DNA of 64,000 nt from Nitrososphaerales archaeon (lineage in GTDB: Archaea; Thermoproteota; Nitrososphaeria; Nitrososphaerales; UBA57): positions 10,852-74,851 of the forward strand of contig JAKZTE010000010.1 in assembly GCA_047517285.1 (NCBI GenBank), read 5' to 3'. Each line of letters starts with the position of its first letter. Position 1 is the first letter of the stretch. This document shows, in pieces, positions 26,323-35,284 of the stretch. Both the position numbers and the translations under genes were made by a program. The notes under the pieces are model-generated. The model was given only the letters and a program-made list of their open reading frames with translations, was not told the origin of the DNA and did not search any database.

Positions 26323-27440
26323 TGCCTAAATCTAAAAAACAAACCAAACACTCCAAACGTCAGAATGACATAGAAGAACAGAAAGTCCAAATTAGATCTC
26401 AATTAAAACAACTTGGAGAAAAAATTTATTCTGATTTGAACTCTCAGAGATTTCCTACAATCCATTTTCCTAGTAGATCGGTAAGAAATATCGTCTATGA
26501 CAAAAAAACTAAACAATATATTCTTGGTTCTAATACAGTAACACGCACTGCGTCAAATATTAAACAGATTCGCTCAGTCACTCAATTAACTTGGCTTGCA
26601 TTTTTTGCCAACGAATTAATGTCTAATAAAAAATCATCTACACTTCGAGACGTCTATTACTCCTCACAAGCTTATGCGGTTGATTATACAGATCAACCTG
26701 AATCTGATTCAATTATTACAGATCTCGAATCTGTCATTTCTACTGCCAGAGAACGACTAAATATCTACCCTGAAGAACGCTCTGCAATATTCGGAGACCT
26801 AGATATTGAATATACTGTTCCTGGTTATGAGGGAAATAGAGCAAATCTCTCTTCACATCCTGACGGATATCTAATTGGACCTAGTCTTAGCACTGCTGAT
26901 TTTGTTGGTACATCTGCTGAAATGATCATTGCCATAGAAAAAGGAGGCCTCTTCAACAGATTTATCGAAGAGAAAGTTCATTCTAAATACAAAGCTATAA
27001 TCATAGATACTGCTGGACAAGCTCCTCGCACTACACGATATATGCTGAAACGTTTACACAAAGAACTTAATCTTCCTGTATACATCATGACTGATGGCGA
27101 CGTCTACGGCGAACATATTGCAATGGTTATCGTCTCTGGCTCTGCTGGCGCTGCACACCTACGTGATTTGACTGTACCTTCTGCGAAATGGCTAGGTATC
27201 TGGGCCTCTGATATTGCCAAATATAAATTGCCTACAATTCCTATGACTGAAATGGATTTTAAACGAGTCTCTGAATTAAAACGTGACCCTCGATACCAAA
27301 AAGGAGTATGGAATAAAGAACTTGACGTATTCCTGGAAATCAAAGCAAAATGTGAATTGGAAGCTTTTAGTAAATACGGATTAACGGCTATTGTAGATAA
27401 ATATCTGCCTGAAAAATTAGAGCAAGCAAAAAGTATGTAG
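26322..27440 (+). CDS. top6A: DNA topoisomerase VI subunit A (Spo11 family)
   Basis: 372 aa. The 5Y-CAP region carries the catalytic Tyr (LRDVYYSS) and a Toprim domain (IIAIEKGG .. MTDGDVYG). Its start overlaps the top6B stop. Confidence 0.93.
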   Translation: MPKSKKQTKHSKRQNDIEEQKVQIRSQLKQLGEKIYSDLNSQRFPTIHFPSRSVRNIVYDKKTKQYILGSNTVTRTASNIKQIRSVTQLTWLAFFANELMSNKKSSTLRDVYYSSQAYAVDYTDQPESDSIITDLESVISTARERLNIYPEERSAIFGDLDIEYTVPGYEGNRANLSSHPDGYLIGPSLSTADFVGTSAEMIIAIEKGGLFNRFIEEKVHSKYKAIIIDTAGQAPRTTRYMLKRLHKELNLPVYIMTDGDVYGEHIAMVIVSGSAGAAHLRDLTVPSAKWLGIWASDIAKYKLPTIPMTEMDFKRVSELKRDPRYQKGVWNKELDVFLEIKAKCELEAFSKYGLTAIVDKYLPEKLEQAKSM

Positions 27441-27445
27441 TCTTG

Positions 27446-27718
27446 TTATTGTATCTGTAACTCTGCAGATCCGCCTGCGCAATCTACCTCTCCCATAACT
27501 CTTCTGATGAATGATTGACATGAAAAACATTCTACAAAGTTTCTTTCTTCATCTAAAACTGGACAATGAATTGCTTCTTTTTTTAATTTTCCAATCTTTT
27601 TTGCACTTACTACTCCCTTTAATGACTCTGTAACTTCTTTAGGCACCCTCTTTGGTTTCTTACCCTCTGGATAATTATACACTTTTACTTTGAATTTTGT
27701 TTCTGGTGCTTCACTCAT
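27446..27718 (-). CDS. Hypothetical small basic protein with 4 Cys
   Basis: 90-aa ORF with a Lys-rich N-terminal half and a Cys pattern HCP..x11..CFSC..x12..C. No family recognised. Confidence 0.45.
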   Translation of the reverse strand: MSEAPETKFKVKVYNYPEGKKPKRVPKEVTESLKGVVSAKKIGKLKKEAIHCPVLDEERNFVECFSCQSFIRRVMGEVDCAGGSAELQIQ

Positions 27719-27773
27719 ATAATTTACTTCAAAAATTACTTTATAATCTTATGTTTTATTATTGAATTATATT

Positions 27774-28574
27774 CTAGCTAATTATTTGTAATAGATAAGG
27801 CGTTAACAACAACATGCCTACCATCATAGAAAATATCCAAAATTTAATTCTTTGTGCAATCTTCATGAAACTACTTATTGAAATTAATCCTGAAATACAT
27901 GAAAACATTATTGCAATAATTAATTCAATATATTGTAAATCCTGAATACCTTCAAAAACTATTACGTACAGATTTGCTAATAGCACAGCTGGAATACTCA
28001 TAATAAACGACAACCTTAATGCCGTACTTGGACTAAACTTCTTAAATAGCAAATACGAAGTTGTTATTCCTGATCTTGAAATTCCCGGTATTACTGCTAA
28101 TCCCTGAAGTATTCCTGTTATTATTGATACCTCGTGTTTTAGATTCTCTGTGTTTTTTAAATCAGATTTGATCGATTTCTGTATTATTCCTGTTATAATC
28201 AATCCTATTCCTATAATTATAGTAAAAAATGCATTTTCTGCTACCTCTAAAAGACTAGAAAATAAAATAATACCCACTACACTCGACGATATCGTTGATA
28301 AAATCATAAATGTCGTCAATGAATTAACTTCATCATTATATCCAAATTTATAATTCTTAAAATTCGAAGCTATCTGAATAATCTCCTTTCTAAAATATAT
28401 ACAAGCTGATATTACAGTTCCTAAATGTAAAATTATTGATAATTTAAGTGCGTTCTCTATATTGTAATCGAATAGCTCTGACATCAAAATAATAATATTT
28501 CCCTGGCTTGATATTGGCAACCACTCGATTATTCCTTGTACGATGCTGATAATTATTATCTGAAATAAATCCAT
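27774..28574 (-). CDS. uppP: Undecaprenyl/polyprenyl-diphosphate phosphatase (BacA/UppP family)
   Basis: 266 aa, multi-TM. EWLPISSQGN and PGISRSGITT signature motifs. Confidence 0.85.
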   Translation of the reverse strand: MDLFQIIIISIVQGIIEWLPISSQGNIIILMSELFDYNIENALKLSIILHLGTVISACIYFRKEIIQIASNFKNYKFGYNDEVNSLTTFMILSTISSSVVGIILFSSLLEVAENAFFTIIIGIGLIITGIIQKSIKSDLKNTENLKHEVSIITGILQGLAVIPGISRSGITTSYLLFKKFSPSTALRLSFIMSIPAVLLANLYVIVFEGIQDLQYIELIIAIMFSCISGLISISSFMKIAQRIKFWIFSMMVGMLLLTPYLLQIIS

Positions 28575-28611
28575 CTATTGTTTACACGTTATACAAGAAT
28601 AAATAATTAAT

Positions 28612-30051
28612 CTAATATGATTTTGCAAAATAAACCGAGTTTGTTGCATCATTTCCACAAACAATACACGATGAATTAATTGCCTCATCTTCAATCAGTC
28701 GTACGTCTGCTCCAGTTTCATCTTTTACCTTATCTTCACATTCTCTGCTACCACACCAAGCTGATTTAATAAAACCTTTATCCTTGGTTAATCTCTTACA
28801 TAATTCGCTGTATTCATCACTCTTGAATATCATCTCACTATGTTTCATCTTTGCACTCTCAAATAGCTCATCTTGAATTACTTCTAATTCTCTCATTATG
28901 CGGTCTGCTGGATTATCGCTAATGGCGATATTCTTCTTATCTCGTGAATTTCTTTTTACTACTACTAATGAATTATTATCTAGATCTTTTGGACCTATTT
29001 CTACCCTTATAGGAACTCCCTTCATCTCCCATTGATTAAATTTCCAGCCTGGTGTATGATGTTCACTTGAATCTACATGACTTCTAACTCCTTTTTCATC
29101 TAATTGTTCCTTTATTTTCTCGATTACTTTGATTATTTCATTCTTCTTATCCTCATCATAATAAATTGGAATAATAACTACCTGTATAGGAGCTATTTTT
29201 GGAGGCAATATCAATCCCTTGTCATCTCCATGAATCATTACCAATGCACCCATTAATCTCCAAGATACTCCCCAAGATGTCTGCCATACGAAATGCGGTT
29301 CTTCATCTTTTCCTAAGAAACTTATTTCAAATGGTTTCGAAAAATTCTGTCCTAGTTGATGCGATGTTCCCATTTGCAATGCTTTTCCATCTGGCATAAT
29401 TCCTTCTAATGTTAATGTATAATCTGCCCCGACAAATTTCTCTTTGTCACTCTTTTTCCCCGTTAATATTGGTAAAGCTAAATATTCATTTACAAAATCT
29501 TTGTATAATTTCAACATTACGTTAACTTGTTTTTCTGCTTCCTCTCTAGTTTCATGCGCTGTATGACCTTCTTGCCATAGAAATTCAGATGTTCTAATGA
29601 ACGGTTTTGTATCTTTTATTTCTGCTCTTAACACAGAGTTCCAAAAATTTAATTTTAATGGTAAATCTCTCCAACTCTTTATCCATTTTGCATATGATTC
29701 ATACGCTATTGTTTCTGAAGTCGGTCTTATTGCTAATTTATTCTCTATATCATTGTCTCCTGTTTTAGTTACCCAAAAAACTTCTGGAGTAAAACCTTTG
29801 AAATGATCTGATTCTCTATTTAATAATGATTCTGGAATCAACAATGGAAAATACGCATTTTTTGTTCCATCTTTTTTAAATTTCTTATCTAGAATTGATT
29901 GTATATTCTCCCATATTGAAAAACCATATTCCCTTAAAATTATAAATCCTTTTACTTGCGAATAATCAATTAATTCTGCTTTTAATACCGTCTGAGTATA
30001 CCACTCTGAAAAATTCTCATCTTTTTTTTCTGTTATCCCAATCTTAACCAA
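28612..30051 (-). CDS. proS: Prolyl-tRNA synthetase, archaeal/eukaryotic type
   Basis: 479 aa with class II aaRS motifs. C-terminal zinc-binding domain ending ..CIVCGNDATNSVYFAKSY, with the invariant terminal Tyr. TTG start. Confidence 0.93.
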   Translation of the reverse strand: MVKIGITEKKDENFSEWYTQTVLKAELIDYSQVKGFIILREYGFSIWENIQSILDKKFKKDGTKNAYFPLLIPESLLNRESDHFKGFTPEVFWVTKTGDNDIENKLAIRPTSETIAYESYAKWIKSWRDLPLKLNFWNSVLRAEIKDTKPFIRTSEFLWQEGHTAHETREEAEKQVNVMLKLYKDFVNEYLALPILTGKKSDKEKFVGADYTLTLEGIMPDGKALQMGTSHQLGQNFSKPFEISFLGKDEEPHFVWQTSWGVSWRLMGALVMIHGDDKGLILPPKIAPIQVVIIPIYYDEDKKNEIIKVIEKIKEQLDEKGVRSHVDSSEHHTPGWKFNQWEMKGVPIRVEIGPKDLDNNSLVVVKRNSRDKKNIAISDNPADRIMRELEVIQDELFESAKMKHSEMIFKSDEYSELCKRLTKDKGFIKSAWCGSRECEDKVKDETGADVRLIEDEAINSSCIVCGNDATNSVYFAKSY

Positions 30052-30147
30052 TTTATCTCAACTATTCACGTGTAACGTAACATCTTTTTTTTTCTAATAT
30101 ATATTATTGATTATGCTACATTATCATAGTAGACATACGTCCTAAAG

Positions 30148-30155
30148 TTTATATA
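30148..30155 (+). promoter_or_regulatory. Candidate BRE/TATA element upstream of tfb
   Basis: AAAG-TTTATATA lies 76-83 nt upstream of the tfb ATG. A second AT-rich TATA-like stretch (TTAAATAT, ~30197-30204) lies ~30 nt upstream and would give a leaderless mRNA. I cannot tell which is used. Confidence 0.25.
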
Positions 30156-30230
30156 TGACATCGACACAACAACCGGAAGTATAGGTATGCAAATACTTAA
30201 ATATTAAAAATAAAAATATGTGAAATTTAT

Positions 30231-31160
30231 ATGAAAGAAGAATTAGGTTCGTTACCAAGTCGTCCCTCTGTGGATCGATGCACGCGTTGTGGAAAAGGTC
30301 CAATCGTTATAGATTCATCAGGCGGAGAAATGACCTGTAGTAAATGTGGTTTTGTTATTGTAGATAAAATCGAGGAAGAAGGTCCTGAATGGAGGGCATT
30401 TTCCAAAGAAGAAAAAGACGATCGAGCTAGAACTGGAGTCCCCTCTTCACTTGCTATGCACGACATGGGTCTTGCTACTGTTATTGGCGCAGAAGACCGT
30501 GACGCTGCAGGCAGATCTTTACCTGCTTCTATGAAAGCCGCAATTGAAAGATTACGTACCTGGGATGGACGAAGTCAAGTCCATGAACCTGTAGATAGAA
30601 ATCTCCGACAAGCATTTAGTGAATTAGATAGATTAGCTGATAAATTAAATCTTAGTGACGCTGTCATTGAAAAAGCCGCTTATATCTATCGAAAAGCTCT
30701 TGAGAAAGGTCTAGTAAGAGGCCGTTCTATTTCTGCACTTATTGCAGCTTCTCTTTATGCCGCATGCCGCGATACCGAAACTCCTAGAACATTAAAAGAT
30801 GTAGCAGCCGCATGTAATATTAAGAAAAAAGACATAGCACGTTGTTATAGATTACTTCTTCGTGAAATGAATTTGAAAATGCCTGTTGTAGATCCTACTA
30901 AATGTGTTTCAAGAATTGCTAGTAAAGCTGGTTTATCCGAGAAATGTAAAAGAAGCGCTCTGGTAATCCTACGTAAAGCTGAAGCTACAAGAACTTCTGC
31001 TGGAAAAGATCCAATGGGTCTAGCAGCCGCTGCATTATATGTTGCTTGTGTAATGGAAGGAGAAAGTAAAACTCAGAAAGACGTAGCAGAAGCTGCTGGA
31101 GTTACTGAAGTTACTATTCGTAACCGATATAAAGGCCTAAAATCCGCATTACAACTATAG
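30231..31160 (+). CDS. tfb: Transcription initiation factor B (TFIIB homologue)
   Basis: 309 aa. N-terminal zinc ribbon CTRCG..CSKCG, B-reader/linker, and two cyclin-fold repeats. Confidence 0.95.
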   Translation: MKEELGSLPSRPSVDRCTRCGKGPIVIDSSGGEMTCSKCGFVIVDKIEEEGPEWRAFSKEEKDDRARTGVPSSLAMHDMGLATVIGAEDRDAAGRSLPASMKAAIERLRTWDGRSQVHEPVDRNLRQAFSELDRLADKLNLSDAVIEKAAYIYRKALEKGLVRGRSISALIAASLYAACRDTETPRTLKDVAAACNIKKKDIARCYRLLLREMNLKMPVVDPTKCVSRIASKAGLSEKCKRSALVILRKAEATRTSAGKDPMGLAAAALYVACVMEGESKTQKDVAEAAGVTEVTIRNRYKGLKSALQL

Positions 31161-31163
31161 ATA

Positions 31164-31595
31164 TTATTTGTCTTTGTTACTCATATCTACCAATTCCACA
31201 CCTGTTTCTTTGGCAAACTCGAATATCTTTTCATCTTTATAAAATTCTCCAAAATATATCTTTTCTATTCCGCTGTTAACTATTATCTTGAAACATGGCC
31301 AGCATGGACTGGCTGTAAGATAAATACTTGAATTCTTTATCTCCGTACCATTCATGGCTGATTGGGCTACCGCATTAACTTCTGCATGAACTGTTCTTAC
31401 ACAATGATCGTTTTCCATAAGATGCCCAATTTCATCACAATGTTTTATTCCTCTTATGCTCCCATTGTACCCTGTCGAAAGTATCACCTTGTCTCTAACT
31501 ATTACTGCCCCCACACTCTTTCTATCACAAGTTGATCTTTTTGATACTTGTTGTGCAATTTCCATAAAGTAATTGTTCCATGTAGGTCTTACCAT
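31164..31595 (-). CDS. dCMP/CMP deaminase (zinc-dependent)
   Basis: 143 aa with HAEVNA and PCWPC zinc motifs. Confidence 0.85.
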   Translation of the reverse strand: MVRPTWNNYFMEIAQQVSKRSTCDRKSVGAVIVRDKVILSTGYNGSIRGIKHCDEIGHLMENDHCVRTVHAEVNAVAQSAMNGTEIKNSSIYLTASPCWPCFKIIVNSGIEKIYFGEFYKDEKIFEFAKETGVELVDMSNKDK

Positions 31596-31625
31596 GTTCT
31601 TACTTAGTTTTTTCCCTATATTAAA

Positions 31626-31835
31626 TTATTTCTCAAAGTACGCTGTTCCTAAATAACTGCATTTTCTACAAATATATTTCTGCGGCATTAGCCATTCAAG
31701 TTGTTCATTCAGTATTTCTAATTCTGCTGTACAAGATGGGCAAATTTTTGTTTTCGAACTTAATGTTTTACGTCGAGTTTTTAGATTGTTGATTTGATTT
31801 AATTCTTCTTTTAATTTCTTTATCCTTTCAAACAT
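31626..31835 (-). CDS. Hypothetical coiled-coil + zinc-ribbon protein
   Basis: 69 aa with CPSC ... CRKC. Tightly packed between the SUI1 and dCMP deaminase genes. Confidence 0.4.
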   Translation of the reverse strand: MFERIKKLKEELNQINNLKTRRKTLSSKTKICPSCTAELEILNEQLEWLMPQKYICRKCSYLGTAYFEK

Positions 31836-31841
31836 CTTTCT

Positions 31842-32147
31842 CTATTGTACCTCTATAGAAGATTCACTGAAACCTAAGTTTACCAAATGCGCTTTCAATA
31901 CGTCTCTGTGATCCCCTTGAAGTATTACTAAATGGCCTTTTCCAGAACCTCCACATGCTAGTATATTCTTTAATTTCTTCGCAATTTCTGCAACATCTGT
32001 ACTCTTAGAAGCTAATCCTTCAATTATTGTTGTTGGTTTTCTAAATCTTCTCATTTCTAACCTTACTATTATTCTAGAATCTTCTTTTTCTAATTCCTGA
32101 CATACGCAGAGATCCATTGGTAGACCACATTTATTACATACTTCCAT
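31842..32147 (-). CDS. Translation initiation factor SUI1/aIF1
   Basis: 101 aa. N-terminal CxxC..CxC knuckle and SUI1 core (IVRLEMRRFRKPTTIIEGL..LKNILACGGS..ILQGDHRD). Confidence 0.88.
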   Translation of the reverse strand: MEVCNKCGLPMDLCVCQELEKEDSRIIVRLEMRRFRKPTTIIEGLASKSTDVAEIAKKLKNILACGGSGKGHLVILQGDHRDVLKAHLVNLGFSESSIEVQ

Positions 32148-32409
32148 GAATTTTTCCCCATATTATTATAAAATATTTGTCACTGACGTTTACAGTTCTT
32201 AACAGTTGTATTCCCTTCTTCGACTCACAGCATAATGAAGAAATAAACTTCATACATAAGTATTATTGTTATATATAAAGACGAAAATATTTGATAAAAT
32301 ATTATATATTTTAGTATTGTGATATTATGCCCCATTATTTAACCTCAGTGACTATCTTGCCATATCTCGAATTTGGACTATTCTTAACCTTATAAATTGT
32401 CTTTACCTG

Positions 32410-33123
32410 ATGATTATTGTGCTTGGGTCATATTTTGTATTTGCCGAATATAAGATAATAGAGGGCTTGCTTTATCTTATAGGCTCATTTATTGGCTATC
32501 GAATTCTCAGAATCGCAAGAGAAGGCTATAGAAATACGCGTAGCCCTACTTTACTCAGACTTACTATATCTTTTATTGCATTGACAATCGGATTTTTTAT
32601 TACTGGATTTACCTACATATTCCCTAGATTTCTCTATCTTACTTTCCAATATGATATACTTCAACTCCGTCTCGAATTTCTTGGAATCTCTATCGCTCTG
32701 ACTTCTTTGTTTCTTATAATTGCAGCATCATTTGAACTATTTGGCTACTTTGTTTTAGCATTGGGTCACGGAATCAAATCATATAGAAAATCACTACTAG
32801 CTCCTGCTGCATTTGGATTCCTAACTACAATATCCGTATTGTCTATTCTGAAGTCAATTTCGTTTGTTTTTCTTCTTTATGGATCGTTTGAAACCTTTAT
32901 CTCTTATTTAGAGTCAAAAAAACGCCCAATTCTCTTCATGTTCCTTGGATTTTCTTCATTAGCCGCCGGTGAATTTATAAGATGGATGGCCTTATTCTAT
33001 TCCGGGTTAAGTCCGTTGATGATAGCTTCTATTTTGGTCAAATTAATTGGATTCATAATGCTTTATACGCCAGTGAGTAGTTTTAACACATACAAAGGAA
33101 AAGAAAATAATGTCGGTATATAG
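32410..33123 (+). CDS. Hypothetical integral membrane protein (about 7 TM)
   Basis: 237-aa hydrophobic ORF with no recognisable family. Its 3' end overlaps the following wHTH gene by 14 nt. Confidence 0.45.
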   Translation: MIIVLGSYFVFAEYKIIEGLLYLIGSFIGYRILRIAREGYRNTRSPTLLRLTISFIALTIGFFITGFTYIFPRFLYLTFQYDILQLRLEFLGISIALTSLFLIIAASFELFGYFVLALGHGIKSYRKSLLAPAAFGFLTTISVLSILKSISFVFLLYGSFETFISYLESKKRPILFMFLGFSSLAAGEFIRWMALFYSGLSPLMIASILVKLIGFIMLYTPVSSFNTYKGKENNVGI

Positions 33124-33397
33124 AACTCAAGTTAAAATTGTCGCTGATGTATTAACATCAATTAATGATGGAAATGAAGGAGAATCCGGATTAGGAATTA
33201 CTAGAATAATTCAAAAAGCAAATCTTTCCTATGCTCGAGCTACAAAAATTATTACACGTTTAGTTGATTCTGGTTTAATCGAACAAGTTACAATAGACAA
33301 TAATCAAAGATACATCCTAAGCCATAAAGGAATTGAATATCTACGATCCCACTCTGATTTCGCAGATTTCGCAGAAAGCTTTGGAATGAAATTATAA
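33110..33397 (+). CDS. Small winged-helix DNA-binding protein (archaeal HTH_45-like)
   Basis: 95 aa. ..IVADVLTSI..GITRIIQKANLSYARATKIITRLVDSGLIEQV...RYILSHKGIEYL fits a short archaeal wHTH regulator. Confidence 0.55.
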   Translation: MSVYRTQVKIVADVLTSINDGNEGESGLGITRIIQKANLSYARATKIITRLVDSGLIEQVTIDNNQRYILSHKGIEYLRSHSDFADFAESFGMKL

Positions 33398-33407
33398 AAT
33401 CTTATAA

Positions 33408-34247
33408 ATGAAACTTGGCGTTCATGTATCTATTGCAGGTTCTATGGATTTATCAATAGACCGAGCAAGATCTCTTGATCTTAATACTTTTCAAATATTT
33501 ACAAGAAATCCCCGAGGTTGGAAATTTTCCGATCTTAAGGAATCGAACGTAGTAAATTTCAAAAATAAAATATTATCTGAAAATATTTCCACAGTAGTTT
33601 GCCATATGCCTTATTTACCTAATCTCTCTTCACCAAAAGAAGACGTTCACGATATGTCGATAAATGCTCTAAGTTCTGAACTTGAACGTTGCAACACGCT
33701 TGGAATCGAATACGTTGTTACACATGTCGGAAGTCATCTTGGCACGGGTTTAGAAAAAGGTCTTGATCGTGTAGTAAAAGCTTGTAATGCCGCACTTTCT
33801 AATTCTTCAAATAATACTATGATTGTCTTAGAAAATACTGCCGGTACAAAAAATAACGTTGGATCTAAATTCGACGAATTAAAATATATTTTTGATAATG
33901 TTAATGATAAATCTCGTATTGGATTCTGTTTTGATACGTGCCATGCTTTTGCCGCTGGCTATGACCTATCTACGAGTAAATCTGTTATAGACACTCTTAA
34001 CAAATTTGACCAGATAATTGGACTGAAATATCTTAAAGTTGTTCACTTAAACGATTCGAAAGGTGAATTGGGCAACGGATTGGATAGGCATCAGCATATT
34101 GGTAGAGGATTTATCGGCGAAAGTGGTTTCCGGGAACTTTTGAAAAATTCAATAATTAAACAATTACCTTTAATCCTTGAAACTCCAATAGACGAAACTT
34201 TCAACGACGAATATAATATAAATCAAATTTATTCTCTGGCAAATTGA
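33408..34247 (+). CDS. nfo: Endonuclease IV (AP endonuclease, TIM barrel)
   Basis: 279 aa with an Nfo-like N-terminus (LGVHVSIAGS..FQIFTRNPRGW), HMPY, and metal-ligand motifs LENTAG, DTCH, HLNDSK. Confidence 0.88.
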   Translation: MKLGVHVSIAGSMDLSIDRARSLDLNTFQIFTRNPRGWKFSDLKESNVVNFKNKILSENISTVVCHMPYLPNLSSPKEDVHDMSINALSSELERCNTLGIEYVVTHVGSHLGTGLEKGLDRVVKACNAALSNSSNNTMIVLENTAGTKNNVGSKFDELKYIFDNVNDKSRIGFCFDTCHAFAAGYDLSTSKSVIDTLNKFDQIIGLKYLKVVHLNDSKGELGNGLDRHQHIGRGFIGESGFRELLKNSIIKQLPLILETPIDETFNDEYNINQIYSLAN

Positions 34248-34302
34248 TTTTTCCTGCCACTATGTATATATTAGATTAATCCCACATTTCTATTGGGGTA
34301 AA

Positions 34303-34569
34303 GTGACCAAGGTCTCTGAGTTCAAAATTGACTTGTTAATATCACCTAAACCCGAACTTCGTAATCCGGAAGGGGATACAATTTTACAAGATTTATTATT
34401 ACGTAATAATTTTGATTATGTAACTTCAGTTAGTGTGTCTAAAGTAATTCAATTAATTGTTAAAGCCGATAATCTTGGCGATGCTAAAAATAAAGCCGCT
34501 ATTATTTGTGATGAACTGAGACTTTACAATCCTTTGGTTAGTTCTTGTACAATTCGAGGAACTGAATGA
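34303..34569 (+). CDS. purS: Phosphoribosylformylglycinamidine synthase subunit PurS
   Basis: 88 aa with a GTG start and ..RNPEGDTI... Immediately precedes purQ and purL. Confidence 0.8.
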   Translation: MTKVSEFKIDLLISPKPELRNPEGDTILQDLLLRNNFDYVTSVSVSKVIQLIVKADNLGDAKNKAAIICDELRLYNPLVSSCTIRGTE

Positions 34570-34570
34570 C

Positions 34571-35284
34571 TTGAACGTGGCTATAATTCAATTTCCTGGA
34601 ACTAACTGCGATATGGATACATATCGTGTTTTTAATGATTATCTTGAAATTGATGTTACTTTATTCTGGCACGAAAATACCGACAATCTTGAAAAATACG
34701 ATGCAATAATCCTTCCTGGTGGTTTTTCTTATGGCGACCGTCTACGCGCAGGAATTATTGCTGCATATAGTCCCGTCATTAAACAACTCAAAAAGATTTC
34801 TCTTAAAGGCAAACCTATCATTGGTATTTGTAATGGATTTCAAATATTGGTGGAATCCGGTTTACTTCCTGGAGCATTATTAACTAACTCTAACCTCAAA
34901 TTTATTTGTAAATGGGTGAATCTCAAAGTCGAGCATAATAATCTTTTTACTAATTCACTTCAATCTGGTTCAGTGATACATATGCCTATTGCACATAATG
35001 AAGGTCGATATTATGTTAGTGATGATAAACTTCAAGAACTTGAAAGAAATAATCAAATAATCCTTAGATATTCTGATTCTGACGGTAATACTTCCATGGA
35101 CAATAATCCTAATGGTTCAATCTCAAATATTGCAGCCGTATCAAATGCAAACGGTAATGTTCTAGGTATGATGCCTCATCCCGAACGCGCATCTGATCCT
35201 TTACTTAGCCCTTATTCTACCAACAACGGTATTGAAATCTTTCGTTCGATGATATTGTCTCTTGAGGTTATGCTAAAAGAATGA
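34571..35284 (+). CDS. purQ: FGAM synthase glutaminase subunit PurQ
   Basis: 237 aa. IIQFPGTNCD, GGFSYGD, GICNGFQ (catalytic Cys), MPHPER. Confidence 0.92.
   Translation: MNVAIIQFPGTNCDMDTYRVFNDYLEIDVTLFWHENTDNLEKYDAIILPGGFSYGDRLRAGIIAAYSPVIKQLKKISLKGKPIIGICNGFQILVESGLLPGALLTNSNLKFICKWVNLKVEHNNLFTNSLQSGSVIHMPIAHNEGRYYVSDDKLQELERNNQIILRYSDSDGNTSMDNNPNGSISNIAAVSNANGNVLGMMPHPERASDPLLSPYSTNNGIEIFRSMILSLEVMLKE

Noticed and set aside
30231-31160. tfb being noticeably GC-richer than its neighbours, as a sign of horizontal transfer
   Set aside because: tfb is a highly conserved, highly expressed core gene. The composition difference is modest and is explained by amino-acid conservation, and no flanking mobile-element signatures are present.
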